From Bacilli bacterium (GTDB lineage Bacteria > Bacillota_I > Bacilli_A > RFN20 > CAG-826): a stretch of DNA of 64,000 bases. Shown here in pieces: positions 1-9,505 of the stretch; positions within the stretch are counted from its first letter, which is position 1; the number at the start of each line of letters is the position of its first letter. The stretch lies in the NCBI GenBank assembly GCA_028705995.1, contig JAQWCH010000003.1:13385-77384 (forward strand), read 5' to 3'. The notes beneath the pieces were generated by a model that made no database searches, had not been told where the DNA came from, and was given only the letters and a program-made list of their open reading frames with translations. The translations under genes and the position numbers were made by a program.

Positions 1-254
1 CCTATTGGAATCAGGGTTTCATGAGTGAAGCGTTAAATACGATTACTAATTTTTCTTTTAATAAAGCGGATTTTAAACGTATCATCATTCGCGCAGATGC
101 CCGTAATTTAGCGAGTATGCGCGTACAAGAAAAATGCGGCTATCATATTGATGGTATTGAAGAGGATGTTTTGCAGCCAGGACAAAAAGATTTAATTGAT
201 ATTGTCTCGCGTTCACTATCTAAAGAAGAATATTTAACGAGGATTAAAAGATGA
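1..254 (+). CDS. GNAT-family N-acetyltransferase, C-terminal fragment (5-prime end lies outside the window)
   Basis: The open frame runs from the window edge. The sequence RIIIRADARNLASMRVQEKCGYHIDG resembles the C-terminal acetyl-CoA-binding region of RimJ/RimL-type GNATs. Confidence 0.6.
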   Translation, partial: YWNQGFMSEALNTITNFSFNKADFKRIIIRADARNLASMRVQEKCGYHIDGIEEDVLQPGQKDLIDIVSRSLSKEEYLTRIKR

Positions 255-1513
255 AAAGAGCACTAGTTTTATCCGGCGGAGGTTCACTTGGAGCATACGA
301 AATGGGCGCCTGGAAAGCTCTTCGCGAATTAAATATCGATTTTCAAGTTGTCACCGGTACATCAATCGGAGCACTTAACGGTTTTTTTGTTGCAACGAAT
401 CAGTTTGAGCTCGCACTTAAATTGTGGCAAAACGTTTCAATCGAAAAAGTTATCAATAACGCAATTGATCTTGATTATAACGAAATTCAAAAATCAGTAA
501 CGCGCGACAATGGCAAACAATTAAAAAGCATTATCAAATCATATTTAAAAAATCATCAATTGGATGTCTCACCATTTTATGATTTGGTAAATAAATACAT
601 TGATGGAAGTTTAATCACTGAATCAGCAATCAAACTCGGTACTGTTTCAGTTATTTGGCCGAATTTAAAGCAAGTAAATACAATTATCAACAATCAACCT
701 AGTGATAAAGTCCAAGATTATCTAATCGCATCATCAGCGCTTTTCCCAGCGTTTCCAATGCGCACAATTGATGGCAAAAAGCATGTTGATGGGGGGTATC
801 GTGAAAATCTACCAATTGAATTTGCGATTGATCTAGGCGCTAATGAGATTATCGCGATTGATGTTTTTGGCGGTCGCTCAATATTTAATAATCCGCTTAA
901 TCAATTACCAATTGTCAAAACAATTGGACCGAGTTGGAACCTAGGGAGTATTTTACTTTTTAAACAAGATGTCATCGATAAAAATATGGCATTAGGTTAT
1001 AACGATACAATGAAAGTTTTCGGGAAAAAACGCGGATTTAAATTCACACTACACGATGATGAAAAAATCGAAGAATATGGCCGAATTTATGTGCGCAAAT
1101 TAGTGACGACTAATCCGCATCTTAGTAAGCGCATCTTTGATTTTCTTAGTCATGATCAAGGATGGAGCAAAAGGCCAGGCGATAGTCTGTTGCGCGTATT
1201 AGAGATTGTTGCAGAAGCGGTTAATGTTTCGCCGGAACCAATTTATCATCTTGCGGAATTTATTAAAGCGATTGACGAACATATTGTCGTCAGCGATAAG
1301 ATTCAAAAAGAATATAAAAATTCTTCGGCTTTTCAAAAAAGATTTGGGTTTTTCCCGCCCACCCGGCAAGAAATTTATCAAATCATACATTTGGCGAATC
1401 AAAAACGCATTAATCTTGCTAAAATGATTAAGAAGAATAAGGACGATGTGCCATTTGTTACATTTGCTGTTGCCGCGCAAGTTGTACATGACTTATTTAA
1501 TAATGAGGATTAG
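251..1513 (+). CDS. patatin-like phospholipase with a roughly 150-aa C-terminal domain of unknown function
   Basis: Oxyanion motif LSGGGSLGAYEMG, nucleophile elbow GTSIG (GxSxG) and catalytic Asp motif VDGGY. The start forms an ATGA overlap with the upstream gene. Confidence 0.8.
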   Translation: MKRALVLSGGGSLGAYEMGAWKALRELNIDFQVVTGTSIGALNGFFVATNQFELALKLWQNVSIEKVINNAIDLDYNEIQKSVTRDNGKQLKSIIKSYLKNHQLDVSPFYDLVNKYIDGSLITESAIKLGTVSVIWPNLKQVNTIINNQPSDKVQDYLIASSALFPAFPMRTIDGKKHVDGGYRENLPIEFAIDLGANEIIAIDVFGGRSIFNNPLNQLPIVKTIGPSWNLGSILLFKQDVIDKNMALGYNDTMKVFGKKRGFKFTLHDDEKIEEYGRIYVRKLVTTNPHLSKRIFDFLSHDQGWSKRPGDSLLRVLEIVAEAVNVSPEPIYHLAEFIKAIDEHIVVSDKIQKEYKNSSAFQKRFGFFPPTRQEIYQIIHLANQKRINLAKMIKKNKDDVPFVTFAVAAQVVHDLFNNED

Positions 1514-1524
1514 GAGGTATACCT

Positions 1525-1890
1525 ATGCGCATAATGCGAACAATTGCTAACGCCATTTGGTTAGTGCTTTTCGGCTTTTGGTTTGCCTTAATTTGGTGGA
1601 TAGTTGGATTCATCTTGTGTGTAACCATCATTGGGATACCATTTGGCTTTCAATGTTTTAAAGTTGCAAAACTGATGCTTGCGCCGTTTGGCAAAACCGT
1701 CATTACACGGTTTGAAGCTTATCCAATTGCCAACATTTTATGGGCAATTTTCTTTGGCTGGGAAATGTTTATTGCTCTTATCGGTAGCGCAGTCGCCATG
1801 ATGGTGACAATTGTTGGTATTCCGATAGGCTTACAAATTATCAAGATGTCAATTTTGGCAATATTCCCCTTTGGTGCACAGGTTCATTAA
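1525..1890 (+). CDS. YccF-family inner membrane protein
   Basis: Duplicated IGIPFG / VGIPIG motifs and FFGW, as in E. coli YccF. GGAGG lies 6 nt upstream of the start. Confidence 0.7.
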   Translation: MRIMRTIANAIWLVLFGFWFALIWWIVGFILCVTIIGIPFGFQCFKVAKLMLAPFGKTVITRFEAYPIANILWAIFFGWEMFIALIGSAVAMMVTIVGIPIGLQIIKMSILAIFPFGAQVH

Positions 1891-1896
1891 GGAAAA

Positions 1897-2838
1897 ATGA
1901 AAAACTCACGCTGGACATACATTCGCTATTTTTTCCGTAATGCCCCAAAAGTTTTTTTATATAAATTATTTCGGCGTAAACCACGTTATGATCGTCTTGG
2001 AAAGCAAAAGAAGATCACGTTATCTTATAGCCGTGATGTGATGAAGAAATTTATTGCGACCAAGAAACCATTTGCCATTGTTCGTTTGGGCGGGACCGAA
2101 ATTAGCACTTTAAATAATTATCAAAAGATACGATTTAAGTTTGCAAGAAAATATAAGAAAACGACAAAATATGCGATGCGTAACAACGGTGGTTTTTTTC
2201 CCGCTACCGATGAAAATCTTTCATTTTATAGTCAACTAATGTTTAAAGAACTCGGGAAAGCCGATGTATTAGGAATTTCTGGCTTACACATGGAAGATTA
2301 TTTTCATGATTTTTACACACCAAAAGCACTTCCGATACAAAATTGGGCACTTGATCCCTTATTGGGTGAATGGAGTTCACTCCTAAAAGGCAAACGTGTA
2401 CTTATCATTTCACCGCTTGATCAAGAAATTCAAAGTCAATATCAGAAACGAATGGAAATATTTAAAATAAGCCCAAATATTCTCCCTGATTTTGAGTTAA
2501 AAACAATCAACGCAGTTCAAACAATTGGCGAAGAAGTTGATGAGCGTTTTTCAAACTGGTTTGCCGCACTTGATTACATGAAAATGCAAATTCTCAAAAC
2601 AGATTTCGATATTGCACTTGTTGGCGCCGGTGTCTACGGTACGCCACTTTGTACTTACATAAAGGATTTAGGTAAACAGGCAATCCAGACGGGCGGAGCA
2701 ACTCAACTATTATTTGGTATTATTGGAAAACGTTGGGAAAATCGCGATTATGTGACAAAATATATAAACGAGCATTGGATACACCCACGTTATTTACCAG
2801 CCGGTTATGAAAAAATTGAGAAAGGATGTTATTGGTAA
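1897..2838 (+). CDS. hypothetical protein, possibly a GT-D/DUF1792-like glycosyltransferase
   Basis: 313-aa ORF. AIVRLGGTEISTL resembles the RxGDGE segment of DUF1792-type enzymes. It sits beside a Wzy_C-like membrane protein. The function call is weak. Confidence 0.4.
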   Translation: MKNSRWTYIRYFFRNAPKVFLYKLFRRKPRYDRLGKQKKITLSYSRDVMKKFIATKKPFAIVRLGGTEISTLNNYQKIRFKFARKYKKTTKYAMRNNGGFFPATDENLSFYSQLMFKELGKADVLGISGLHMEDYFHDFYTPKALPIQNWALDPLLGEWSSLLKGKRVLIISPLDQEIQSQYQKRMEIFKISPNILPDFELKTINAVQTIGEEVDERFSNWFAALDYMKMQILKTDFDIALVGAGVYGTPLCTYIKDLGKQAIQTGGATQLLFGIIGKRWENRDYVTKYINEHWIHPRYLPAGYEKIEKGCYW

Positions 2839-4258
2839 TATGGAAGAGGTTAAAAAACAAGAAGGAAAAACATTTGTTGAAAATAATACAAGTCTCATTA
2901 TCTTTCTTTTTCTTGAAGTTTTATTTTTTCTCACTTTTGGGATAATTAAGGCCGATAGTATAATGCGAATTATTGGCGTGTTGCTCGCGGTTGTTAGTTT
3001 GCCGCTTGCTTTGCCGTTGCTTCGCGATGCTAAAACTAAAATACCAGTCCTATTAGCGCTTGGATTATTATTCATTTATGGTGTTTTTACGGCAATTGCA
3101 CCGATGATAAGTTTCAATAACATGTTAACGATGTTATCGCTACTTTTTGCATTTGTTGCATTCTTTATTCTTGGTTTAACGCTTGCGCGTTTACCAGAAT
3201 TTAATGTTTTATATGCTTTACTAGCGATATTAGCTGGCGTTGCGCTTCTTGTTACCTTAAGCCTTATCATCACTTTTTATGCTTATGGCTTTTTGCACAT
3301 CGTTTTGTTAAAAGGCAAGGTGATTTATTTGGCGGGTGACTTTTATCAAGTTTCTGCCCAAGTTAAATGGTTATTTGGGTTTGATGTGCGCGAAACAAAT
3401 CTAAATGTTGCGTCTTTGAATATTGGAATTTTACTTTCAACAGTGCTACCAATAATTTTTTATCTTCCTAAAGATAAGACAAAAAATAAGTATATAAAAA
3501 TTGCTTTGATTGCAATTGCTGCAATCGCAGCATTAGCAACCATTTTACTTCCGTTACCGAATGTATTATTTTATTTGGTTCCATCACTGATCCTCGTGAC
3601 GATTTTCCGTTTTTATCCAAAAAATGATAAATGGCTCAAAATTATTGGCTATGTGTTTTTAGGAGTATTTGGTTTTGCCGTATTCATTGGTTTTTTATAC
3701 GCCTTCAATGTTGGATTCATCGTTCAAGCGATTGACGCAATCCCCCTTGTTAATCGTGTTTTTGCCCATCCTTACGTTGGGGTGTGGCTAAAAACCATTC
3801 GCGAAATGTTTGTCTATCCAATGGGGAGTATTGAGTCATTAGAAATAATCGGCTTTAGTCGTTACTCGTATACCACGGAGAATTTTTTACTAGATACGTT
3901 ACGTCATAGCGGTATAGTTGCTTTCTTAATGCTGGCGGCATTTATTCTTATTGCGGGTAAAAAGCTTTTCGTTTATGTCCGCAGCGATCGCGATACGCCA
4001 CTAATTCGTTCGTTGATTTTATCGTTTTTGATCACTTATTTTGTATTAATTGCAATTAATTATCCTTATCATCAACTAGCGGATTTAAGCGCAAATACCC
4101 GAGCAATTGATTACTTCTCATTTGCGCGTAGCGAACTGTGGTTAGTTTCTTTGTTCTTACTTGGATACGTTTATTTATCGCCAGTTAAGCAATCAAGCAT
4201 CGAAAAAGTCGCCCCACTAATTAATGTTCCAGAATTGGAGGAAAATGCACATGAATAA
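2807..4258 (+). CDS. polytopic membrane protein, O-antigen ligase/polymerase (Wzy_C)-like
   Basis: At least 10 predicted TM segments. The late loop ENFLLDTLRHSGIVAFLMLAAF resembles the HNxxLxxxxExGxxG signature of Wzy_C proteins, with H replaced by E. An alternative start exists at 2840. Confidence 0.45.
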   Translation: MKKLRKDVIGNMEEVKKQEGKTFVENNTSLIIFLFLEVLFFLTFGIIKADSIMRIIGVLLAVVSLPLALPLLRDAKTKIPVLLALGLLFIYGVFTAIAPMISFNNMLTMLSLLFAFVAFFILGLTLARLPEFNVLYALLAILAGVALLVTLSLIITFYAYGFLHIVLLKGKVIYLAGDFYQVSAQVKWLFGFDVRETNLNVASLNIGILLSTVLPIIFYLPKDKTKNKYIKIALIAIAAIAALATILLPLPNVLFYLVPSLILVTIFRFYPKNDKWLKIIGYVFLGVFGFAVFIGFLYAFNVGFIVQAIDAIPLVNRVFAHPYVGVWLKTIREMFVYPMGSIESLEIIGFSRYSYTTENFLLDTLRHSGIVAFLMLAAFILIAGKKLFVYVRSDRDTPLIRSLILSFLITYFVLIAINYPYHQLADLSANTRAIDYFSFARSELWLVSLFLLGYVYLSPVKQSSIEKVAPLINVPELEENAHE

Positions 4259-5171
4259 AGCTAAAATTGGACTTGTGTTTACCGCCCTAATTTCCTTAAC
4301 TGCCTGTGGTGTTGAAGTTAATGAACTATTTGATGCTGGTCAATTTGAATCAGCGGATTTTCTTGAAAATTATTACGAAGTTTTTCCTTCGGCTTTACTA
4401 GAATCACCACTCACTAAACAATATGTTGTTGATGAAACCAATTCATCTTATGGCAATATTTTTGATACAAACAAAGAAACCGCCCCAATTAAACATATTT
4501 TGGATACTGATCATGAATTTGATTTTGAAGAGGATATGTATAATGAATACAACAGCGGAACAGCATCACTTAATGTGTTAGATATTAGTACGCGCTATTT
4601 TAGCAAAAACCGCTTACTAAACATTGATCAAAGTTTCAAATATGGGTATTTTTCCAAATTAACGGATGGTTTAGTTCATTGTGATGGCTCAGGATCTCAT
4701 GTCAGAATTCAACTAAAAGAACAAGGGATGGGAAAGATTTTTTCTAAAGAATTGATTAGTTATTCAACTATGTTACTAGCGTTCCGTGGTGGCACGAATA
4801 TTCCCTGGGGAACAACTAATTATCCGTATCTTACCCAAAGCGAGAGAAAGGCAGAAGTATTGATTAATTTTTCGCTTTATGTCGCTGATAACGATAATGA
4901 TAGTTATAACCAATATCAATTCACAACTACACGCGATGTGAAAACAGATGATAATGGAATGAATACAAACATTTTATACATCAATTTAAAAGATGTGCTC
5001 GATGTTGATGAACTGTTAATTAAACGGGCATCAGCATTTAGTATCAGTTATGAGTTGCTAGATCACCCAACATTAAAACCAGCGGGTGGAAGCCCATTAA
5101 TTGGATATGAAGACTATGAATTCGCGTTGATGTTTTATGAATTAATGCTTCCACATTCAACGTGGAATTAA
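4251..5171 (+). CDS. lipoprotein of unknown function
   Basis: The signal peptide ends in the lipobox LTAC. GGAGG at 4237-4241 favours the ATG at 4251 over the track start at 4224. Confidence 0.7.
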   Translation: MNKAKIGLVFTALISLTACGVEVNELFDAGQFESADFLENYYEVFPSALLESPLTKQYVVDETNSSYGNIFDTNKETAPIKHILDTDHEFDFEEDMYNEYNSGTASLNVLDISTRYFSKNRLLNIDQSFKYGYFSKLTDGLVHCDGSGSHVRIQLKEQGMGKIFSKELISYSTMLLAFRGGTNIPWGTTNYPYLTQSERKAEVLINFSLYVADNDNDSYNQYQFTTTRDVKTDDNGMNTNILYINLKDVLDVDELLIKRASAFSISYELLDHPTLKPAGGSPLIGYEDYEFALMFYELMLPHSTWN

Positions 5172-5207
5172 AGAAATGGAGATGAGCCTTCGGGAATCAT
5201 CTCCTTT

Positions 5208-6119
5208 TTATTTTATGTAGTTGCTAAGATCGAGCCATTTACCAATGATGAAGTCTGCTTGATCGTCATCAAATATTAATGTCCCCTTTGCCGGCGTGAA
5301 TGTCATTTCTGAAAAATATATTTTTCCGTTAATGTTATATAAATCGACGCGACAAAAAGGAAAGGGATTCGCTAGTTTTTCTGCTATATCGACCATCATT
5401 TCAAAATTAGCAGGTTTTTGCGGTGGATATTCGCTAGAACGCCAATGATTAAACTGTGCACCAGGGAATGGCGTCCAGTCAATATATAGATTATCGTAAC
5501 GGATGTCAGAATTTCGTCCACTTACAACATATAAATATCGCGCTTTTCCATTAAAGACATGGATTTTATATTCAATCGGTAGTTGATTACTTAGTGGGGA
5601 TAAATGTTCTTCTAAAATTAATCGTGGCTTTATTTTGGAATAATGCAGTTCAACAGTTTTGCGACCATAGTTTGTTTTAAGAAAACGCCTAAATTCTTTT
5701 TTTATTTTTACATAATCTACTTTAGCCTTTTCCCTTGTTACAAGATTAAAAGCACAAGCGTGTGTGCATTTTAAAGCAAAGGCATCAGGAATGTTGTTCC
5801 AAGGTATCTCTTCGAACCTTTGATATTCACCAATAAGCGGAATTAAAATACCGGATAACCCCTTTGAGTTTACGTAATCACGAACAGCAATGCGGTCAGT
5901 ACACTGTCTAACTTGCGTATTGTTTGGGAAAACATATAAACGCAAATATTGCAGTTTCTCTGTATAACGCAGCGGTTTACGCAGATTTAAATGGTGACCG
6001 GTAATATAGCGATACTGCCATTTCACGTATAACTTTTTGCTCAAAACACGTAAAATTGGTTGCACGCCTTTAGCAATTAGCCGCTTACATTTATTTTCAT
6101 GAAAATTTGGATTTGCCAT
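5208..6119 (-). CDS. TupA-like ATP-grasp family protein (teichuronopeptide-type amidoligase family)
   Basis: KCTHACAFN, YKIHVFNGKARYLYVV and RVDLYNINGKIYFSEMTFTP are typical of the ATPgrasp_TupA family. The start is moved to MANPNF (6119), which is preceded by GAGGAA. Confidence 0.6.
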   Translation of the reverse strand: MANPNFHENKCKRLIAKGVQPILRVLSKKLYVKWQYRYITGHHLNLRKPLRYTEKLQYLRLYVFPNNTQVRQCTDRIAVRDYVNSKGLSGILIPLIGEYQRFEEIPWNNIPDAFALKCTHACAFNLVTREKAKVDYVKIKKEFRRFLKTNYGRKTVELHYSKIKPRLILEEHLSPLSNQLPIEYKIHVFNGKARYLYVVSGRNSDIRYDNLYIDWTPFPGAQFNHWRSSEYPPQKPANFEMMVDIAEKLANPFPFCRVDLYNINGKIYFSEMTFTPAKGTLIFDDDQADFIIGKWLDLSNYIK

Positions 6120-6208
6120 GGAGATTCCTCGTTTCAAGTATAGTTTCTCATTAGTTCTTTGTCTATGGACGTGGTAAAATATCCCCATTCGCATGAGGAG
6201 AGTCAATT

Positions 6209-6580
6209 ATGAAAAAAGCTTTACGAGATAAACGCGTGTTACTTGTCCTAGGTGCACTAATTCTTGGCGCCTTATTAATATCTTTTTTGCCCTGGGTTAT
6301 TATCAATTACACACCCTGGTTTCCCGAAGCCTCAATTAATCAACAATATCCAGCAATTATGCTATATTTTTTTGCTATTGTTTTTTTCTTGGTTGGTTAT
6401 CTAGTTGGCGATATTTTTGAAGCGCGCGATCGGAAAAAGAGTGGAAACTATAGTGGCCGTTTAGATGACAAAACACGTGCGAAGAAGTGGTTGTTTCGGA
6501 CCGCCCCTTATCTTGCCGCTTTATTTTGTTTGATAGCGGGATTAATTACCGATTTAGCCATTTTAACTTATTTGGCCTAA
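6209..6580 (+). CDS. small 3-TM membrane protein, unknown function
   Basis: 123-aa ORF with three hydrophobic segments, divergent from the ATP-grasp gene. Confidence 0.5.
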   Translation: MKKALRDKRVLLVLGALILGALLISFLPWVIINYTPWFPEASINQQYPAIMLYFFAIVFFLVGYLVGDIFEARDRKKSGNYSGRLDDKTRAKKWLFRTAPYLAALFCLIAGLITDLAILTYLA

Positions 6581-6628
6581 CTTTTTCACTAATTCAACTT
6601 AACCACTAATCGTTCTTAAATAAACATA

Positions 6629-6657
6629 AAAACCCGCATGAAAAGCGGTTTTTTTGT
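6629..6657 (+). terminator. weak intrinsic terminator
   Basis: Short hairpin ccgc-atgaaaa-gcgg flanked by an A-run and a T7 run. Confidence 0.4.
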
Positions 6658-6823
6658 TATTTAGATCAATATTGAGCAAATGTAAATTATTTTCAGGCTT
6701 TTTTGGTAGCGGTTTCATAAATGTATTTTCTTGACAAACAATGACAGCAACCCTTGTGACCTATATTATATAGCCAATCATAAAATCTTAACGGTTTTAT
6801 AAACAATCAAAGGAGGAAATTTT

Positions 6824-9301
6824 ATGAGAAAAACTAGCAAAGCATTTGGTGTACTTGCTTTTGCCGGCGTTCTACTCGCAGGATGTGGTCCAAAATCAAG
6901 CAGCGGACCAACAAGCATCGCTGATATTGATGGAAGACCAGCCCAATTGGTAACCGGTCCATATCTAGCAGGCGAAACTGCTTACCGCGATTACAAAGCC
7001 ATTATGTCTTACAACGCTGAAACATTTAACCCTGTTATCAGCCAAAGTGCACAAGACGGAGACCACATTACTAACTTCGTCGATGGTCTATTAGAAAATG
7101 ATGAATTTGGTCGGTTGTCATACGCGTTAGCCGAAAGCGCAACAGCGAATGCTTCAAGCGACGTCTTCACATTCAAAATCAAAGACGGAATCAAATGGGT
7201 TAAAAATGATGGTACGCAATACGTCGCCGAAATCGGTGGTGAACAAGTTCCACAATTTGTTACCCCGTCTGACTTCATTGCCGCTGTTAAGGCCAACCTC
7301 GACTTCGTTAATGGTGCAGAAACCCAATACATTGTTTCAATGTTTATTGAAGGTGGTGCCGAATATAACGAATACACCTACGCGACATATCGTTTAGCAG
7401 CAGGTGAAGGCTTACACATTCTTACAGAAGAGGGAAAAATCGGGTTAGTTAAGCAAGCAGATTATGATGGTCTTCCTGAAGCCGAGCAAAAAGAAATTCT
7501 TGTTCAATCAATCTATTTCTATACGATGTACTATGATGGAATTCTCCTCGATATTACCGCCGCCGACCTTCCAGCAATTGCTGCAGGCGAACACATTGGC
7601 GTACAAGATCTTGGTGATAATGAAATCGAATTCAAACTTACGCAACCAGCTCCTTACTTCCCATCAGTCTTAACTTATTCCTGTTTCTTACCGATTAACC
7701 AAGCTTTTATTGATGAAGTCGGTTTTGAAAACTTCGGGATGAGCGCTGAAGACATGGTCTACAATGGCGCTTTCGTTGCTTCTAAGTGGACAGAAACCGA
7801 AATTGAATATTCACGGAACCCAGAATATTGGGATGCTGATGAAGTGCACCTTGATAAAGTTAACTTCGCACTTTACCCAACCGAAGCTGGATACGATTAT
7901 CTCCGTACACAATTCGAATTAGGTAACATTGATGGCTTCAACGTTAGCGATTTAGATACTGTTGGTTGGGCAAAATACGTCACTGGTACCGAAGGTACTG
8001 GTACATTAGAAAACCCAGCAAACGGTGCTGCTTACTCACGTTATATTGAAACTGTCGACTCTGCTTTCCACGTCATTCTAAACCTTGACCGTGATGTTGA
8101 AACGGAATGGGAAGAAGAATCCTCTACTGTTACCGCAGCCGAAGTTGAAAACTTCAACCGTGCTGTCAAACTTAGAGCCGTCCGCGAACTCTTCTTAAAG
8201 GGTTGGGACTTAAAAGAATACAATAAGTCACGTGGTGCAACCACACAAGCTCAAGACGAAATTCAAATTCACACTTACACAGCGAAAGGTTTCGCTGTTG
8301 ATAGTGAAGGTAATGATTACGTCGAAAAATACGTTTATGATGCTTTTGATGCCGCTGAACTTTCTGAAGATCCAGCAGCAGAAGTCTTAGCTCTTGGCCA
8401 AACCGAATATAACGGTGTTACCAACTATGATGACGTTCAAGTACAAAGTCTAGTTGTAGCCGCCGAAGCTGAAGTCGCAGCCTGGAACAGTGCGAACCCA
8501 GATCAAAAAATTACTTACCCAATCAAAACGGAATTCTTAGGTTTACCTGATGCTGATTTCAACCGTTATGATCAAGGTTGGATTGATGATTTCAATGAAC
8601 GGACCAATGGCTGTACAATTAAAACTGACTCCACATCTGGTTTACCACTTTGTGATGAATCTTCTTATCCAAAATTCCAACTCTCATTAATCGGTCTCGA
8701 CATTACTGTTGATGGTGAAGGTTATACTGACCTCGGATACTCTGGCCAATATGGCTTACACGTCATGGGTTGGGGACCTGACTACGCTGATCCATTAACC
8801 TATCTCAACACTTACGTTACCGGTGGTGATATGGCAATGTTTACTGGCGACGATGATCGTAATAATCCAATTCCTGGTTGGCACCTTGAAGGCGATGTGT
8901 TAGTCGAAGACGAATACACAACCACGGGTGGTAAAAAACTTACTGGTATCGCTGCTAAGTACTCTGGTTTAGTCGAAGAAGGTAAAGCAATTACCGATGA
9001 TACTGCGCTCCGGTATGAAAAATTCGCCGATGCGGAAATCGAATTGCTCTTCGAAACGAACTTAATGCGGATGTCCTACAATGCTGGTCAAGGCTGGTTT
9101 GTCACTGTTTCCAAAACAATGGCGTATGAACGGCCAACAGCTGCTTATGGTTTATCCTCTTCTAAATTCAAGGGCATGTGGGTCTTAACTGATATTCTTG
9201 AAGGCGCAACCCGTAGAACGCTTAAAGCACAATACGATGAAGCCAAAACACAAATCAGTGAAGATGACGAAGGTGTCTTTGTTCCAACTATCCTTGCTTA
9301 A
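6824..9301 (+). CDS. oppA: oligopeptide ABC transporter substrate-binding lipoprotein (large family-5 SBP)
   Basis: Lipobox LLAGC, an SBP family-5-like core, and a position upstream of oppBCDF. AGGAGG RBS. Confidence 0.8.
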   Translation: MRKTSKAFGVLAFAGVLLAGCGPKSSSGPTSIADIDGRPAQLVTGPYLAGETAYRDYKAIMSYNAETFNPVISQSAQDGDHITNFVDGLLENDEFGRLSYALAESATANASSDVFTFKIKDGIKWVKNDGTQYVAEIGGEQVPQFVTPSDFIAAVKANLDFVNGAETQYIVSMFIEGGAEYNEYTYATYRLAAGEGLHILTEEGKIGLVKQADYDGLPEAEQKEILVQSIYFYTMYYDGILLDITAADLPAIAAGEHIGVQDLGDNEIEFKLTQPAPYFPSVLTYSCFLPINQAFIDEVGFENFGMSAEDMVYNGAFVASKWTETEIEYSRNPEYWDADEVHLDKVNFALYPTEAGYDYLRTQFELGNIDGFNVSDLDTVGWAKYVTGTEGTGTLENPANGAAYSRYIETVDSAFHVILNLDRDVETEWEEESSTVTAAEVENFNRAVKLRAVRELFLKGWDLKEYNKSRGATTQAQDEIQIHTYTAKGFAVDSEGNDYVEKYVYDAFDAAELSEDPAAEVLALGQTEYNGVTNYDDVQVQSLVVAAEAEVAAWNSANPDQKITYPIKTEFLGLPDADFNRYDQGWIDDFNERTNGCTIKTDSTSGLPLCDESSYPKFQLSLIGLDITVDGEGYTDLGYSGQYGLHVMGWGPDYADPLTYLNTYVTGGDMAMFTGDDDRNNPIPGWHLEGDVLVEDEYTTTGGKKLTGIAAKYSGLVEEGKAITDDTALRYEKFADAEIELLFETNLMRMSYNAGQGWFVTVSKTMAYERPTAAYGLSSSKFKGMWVLTDILEGATRRTLKAQYDEAKTQISEDDEGVFVPTILA

Positions 9302-9358
9302 CAAAGTGAATCATTCACCTAAGTTAACAATCGTTTAGTCGACTAGTTTGTTTAAAGA

Positions 9359-9393
9359 TTAGGGTTAGAGGCATTGTCTTCTAACCCTAATTT
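9359..9393 (+). terminator. intra-operon hairpin (attenuator or terminator) after oppA
   Basis: Perfect 11-bp stem, ttagggttaga paired with tctaaccctaa, followed by ttt. Confidence 0.55.
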
Positions 9394-9505
9394 ATCATGA
9401 ATAATCATATTTTTTGGAATTAATTATCGACACTCGCGCTCACATACGCGATAATAATATCACTATTATTTTTCTATCATTATTTGAAAGAAGGAGGTTA
9501 AACCG

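Noticed and set aside
5208-6206. The extra 29 N-terminal codons of the ATP-grasp ORF (6120-6206)
   Set aside because: The internal Met at 6119 is preceded by GAGGAA. The longer form would consume the divergent promoter region for the gene at 6209.
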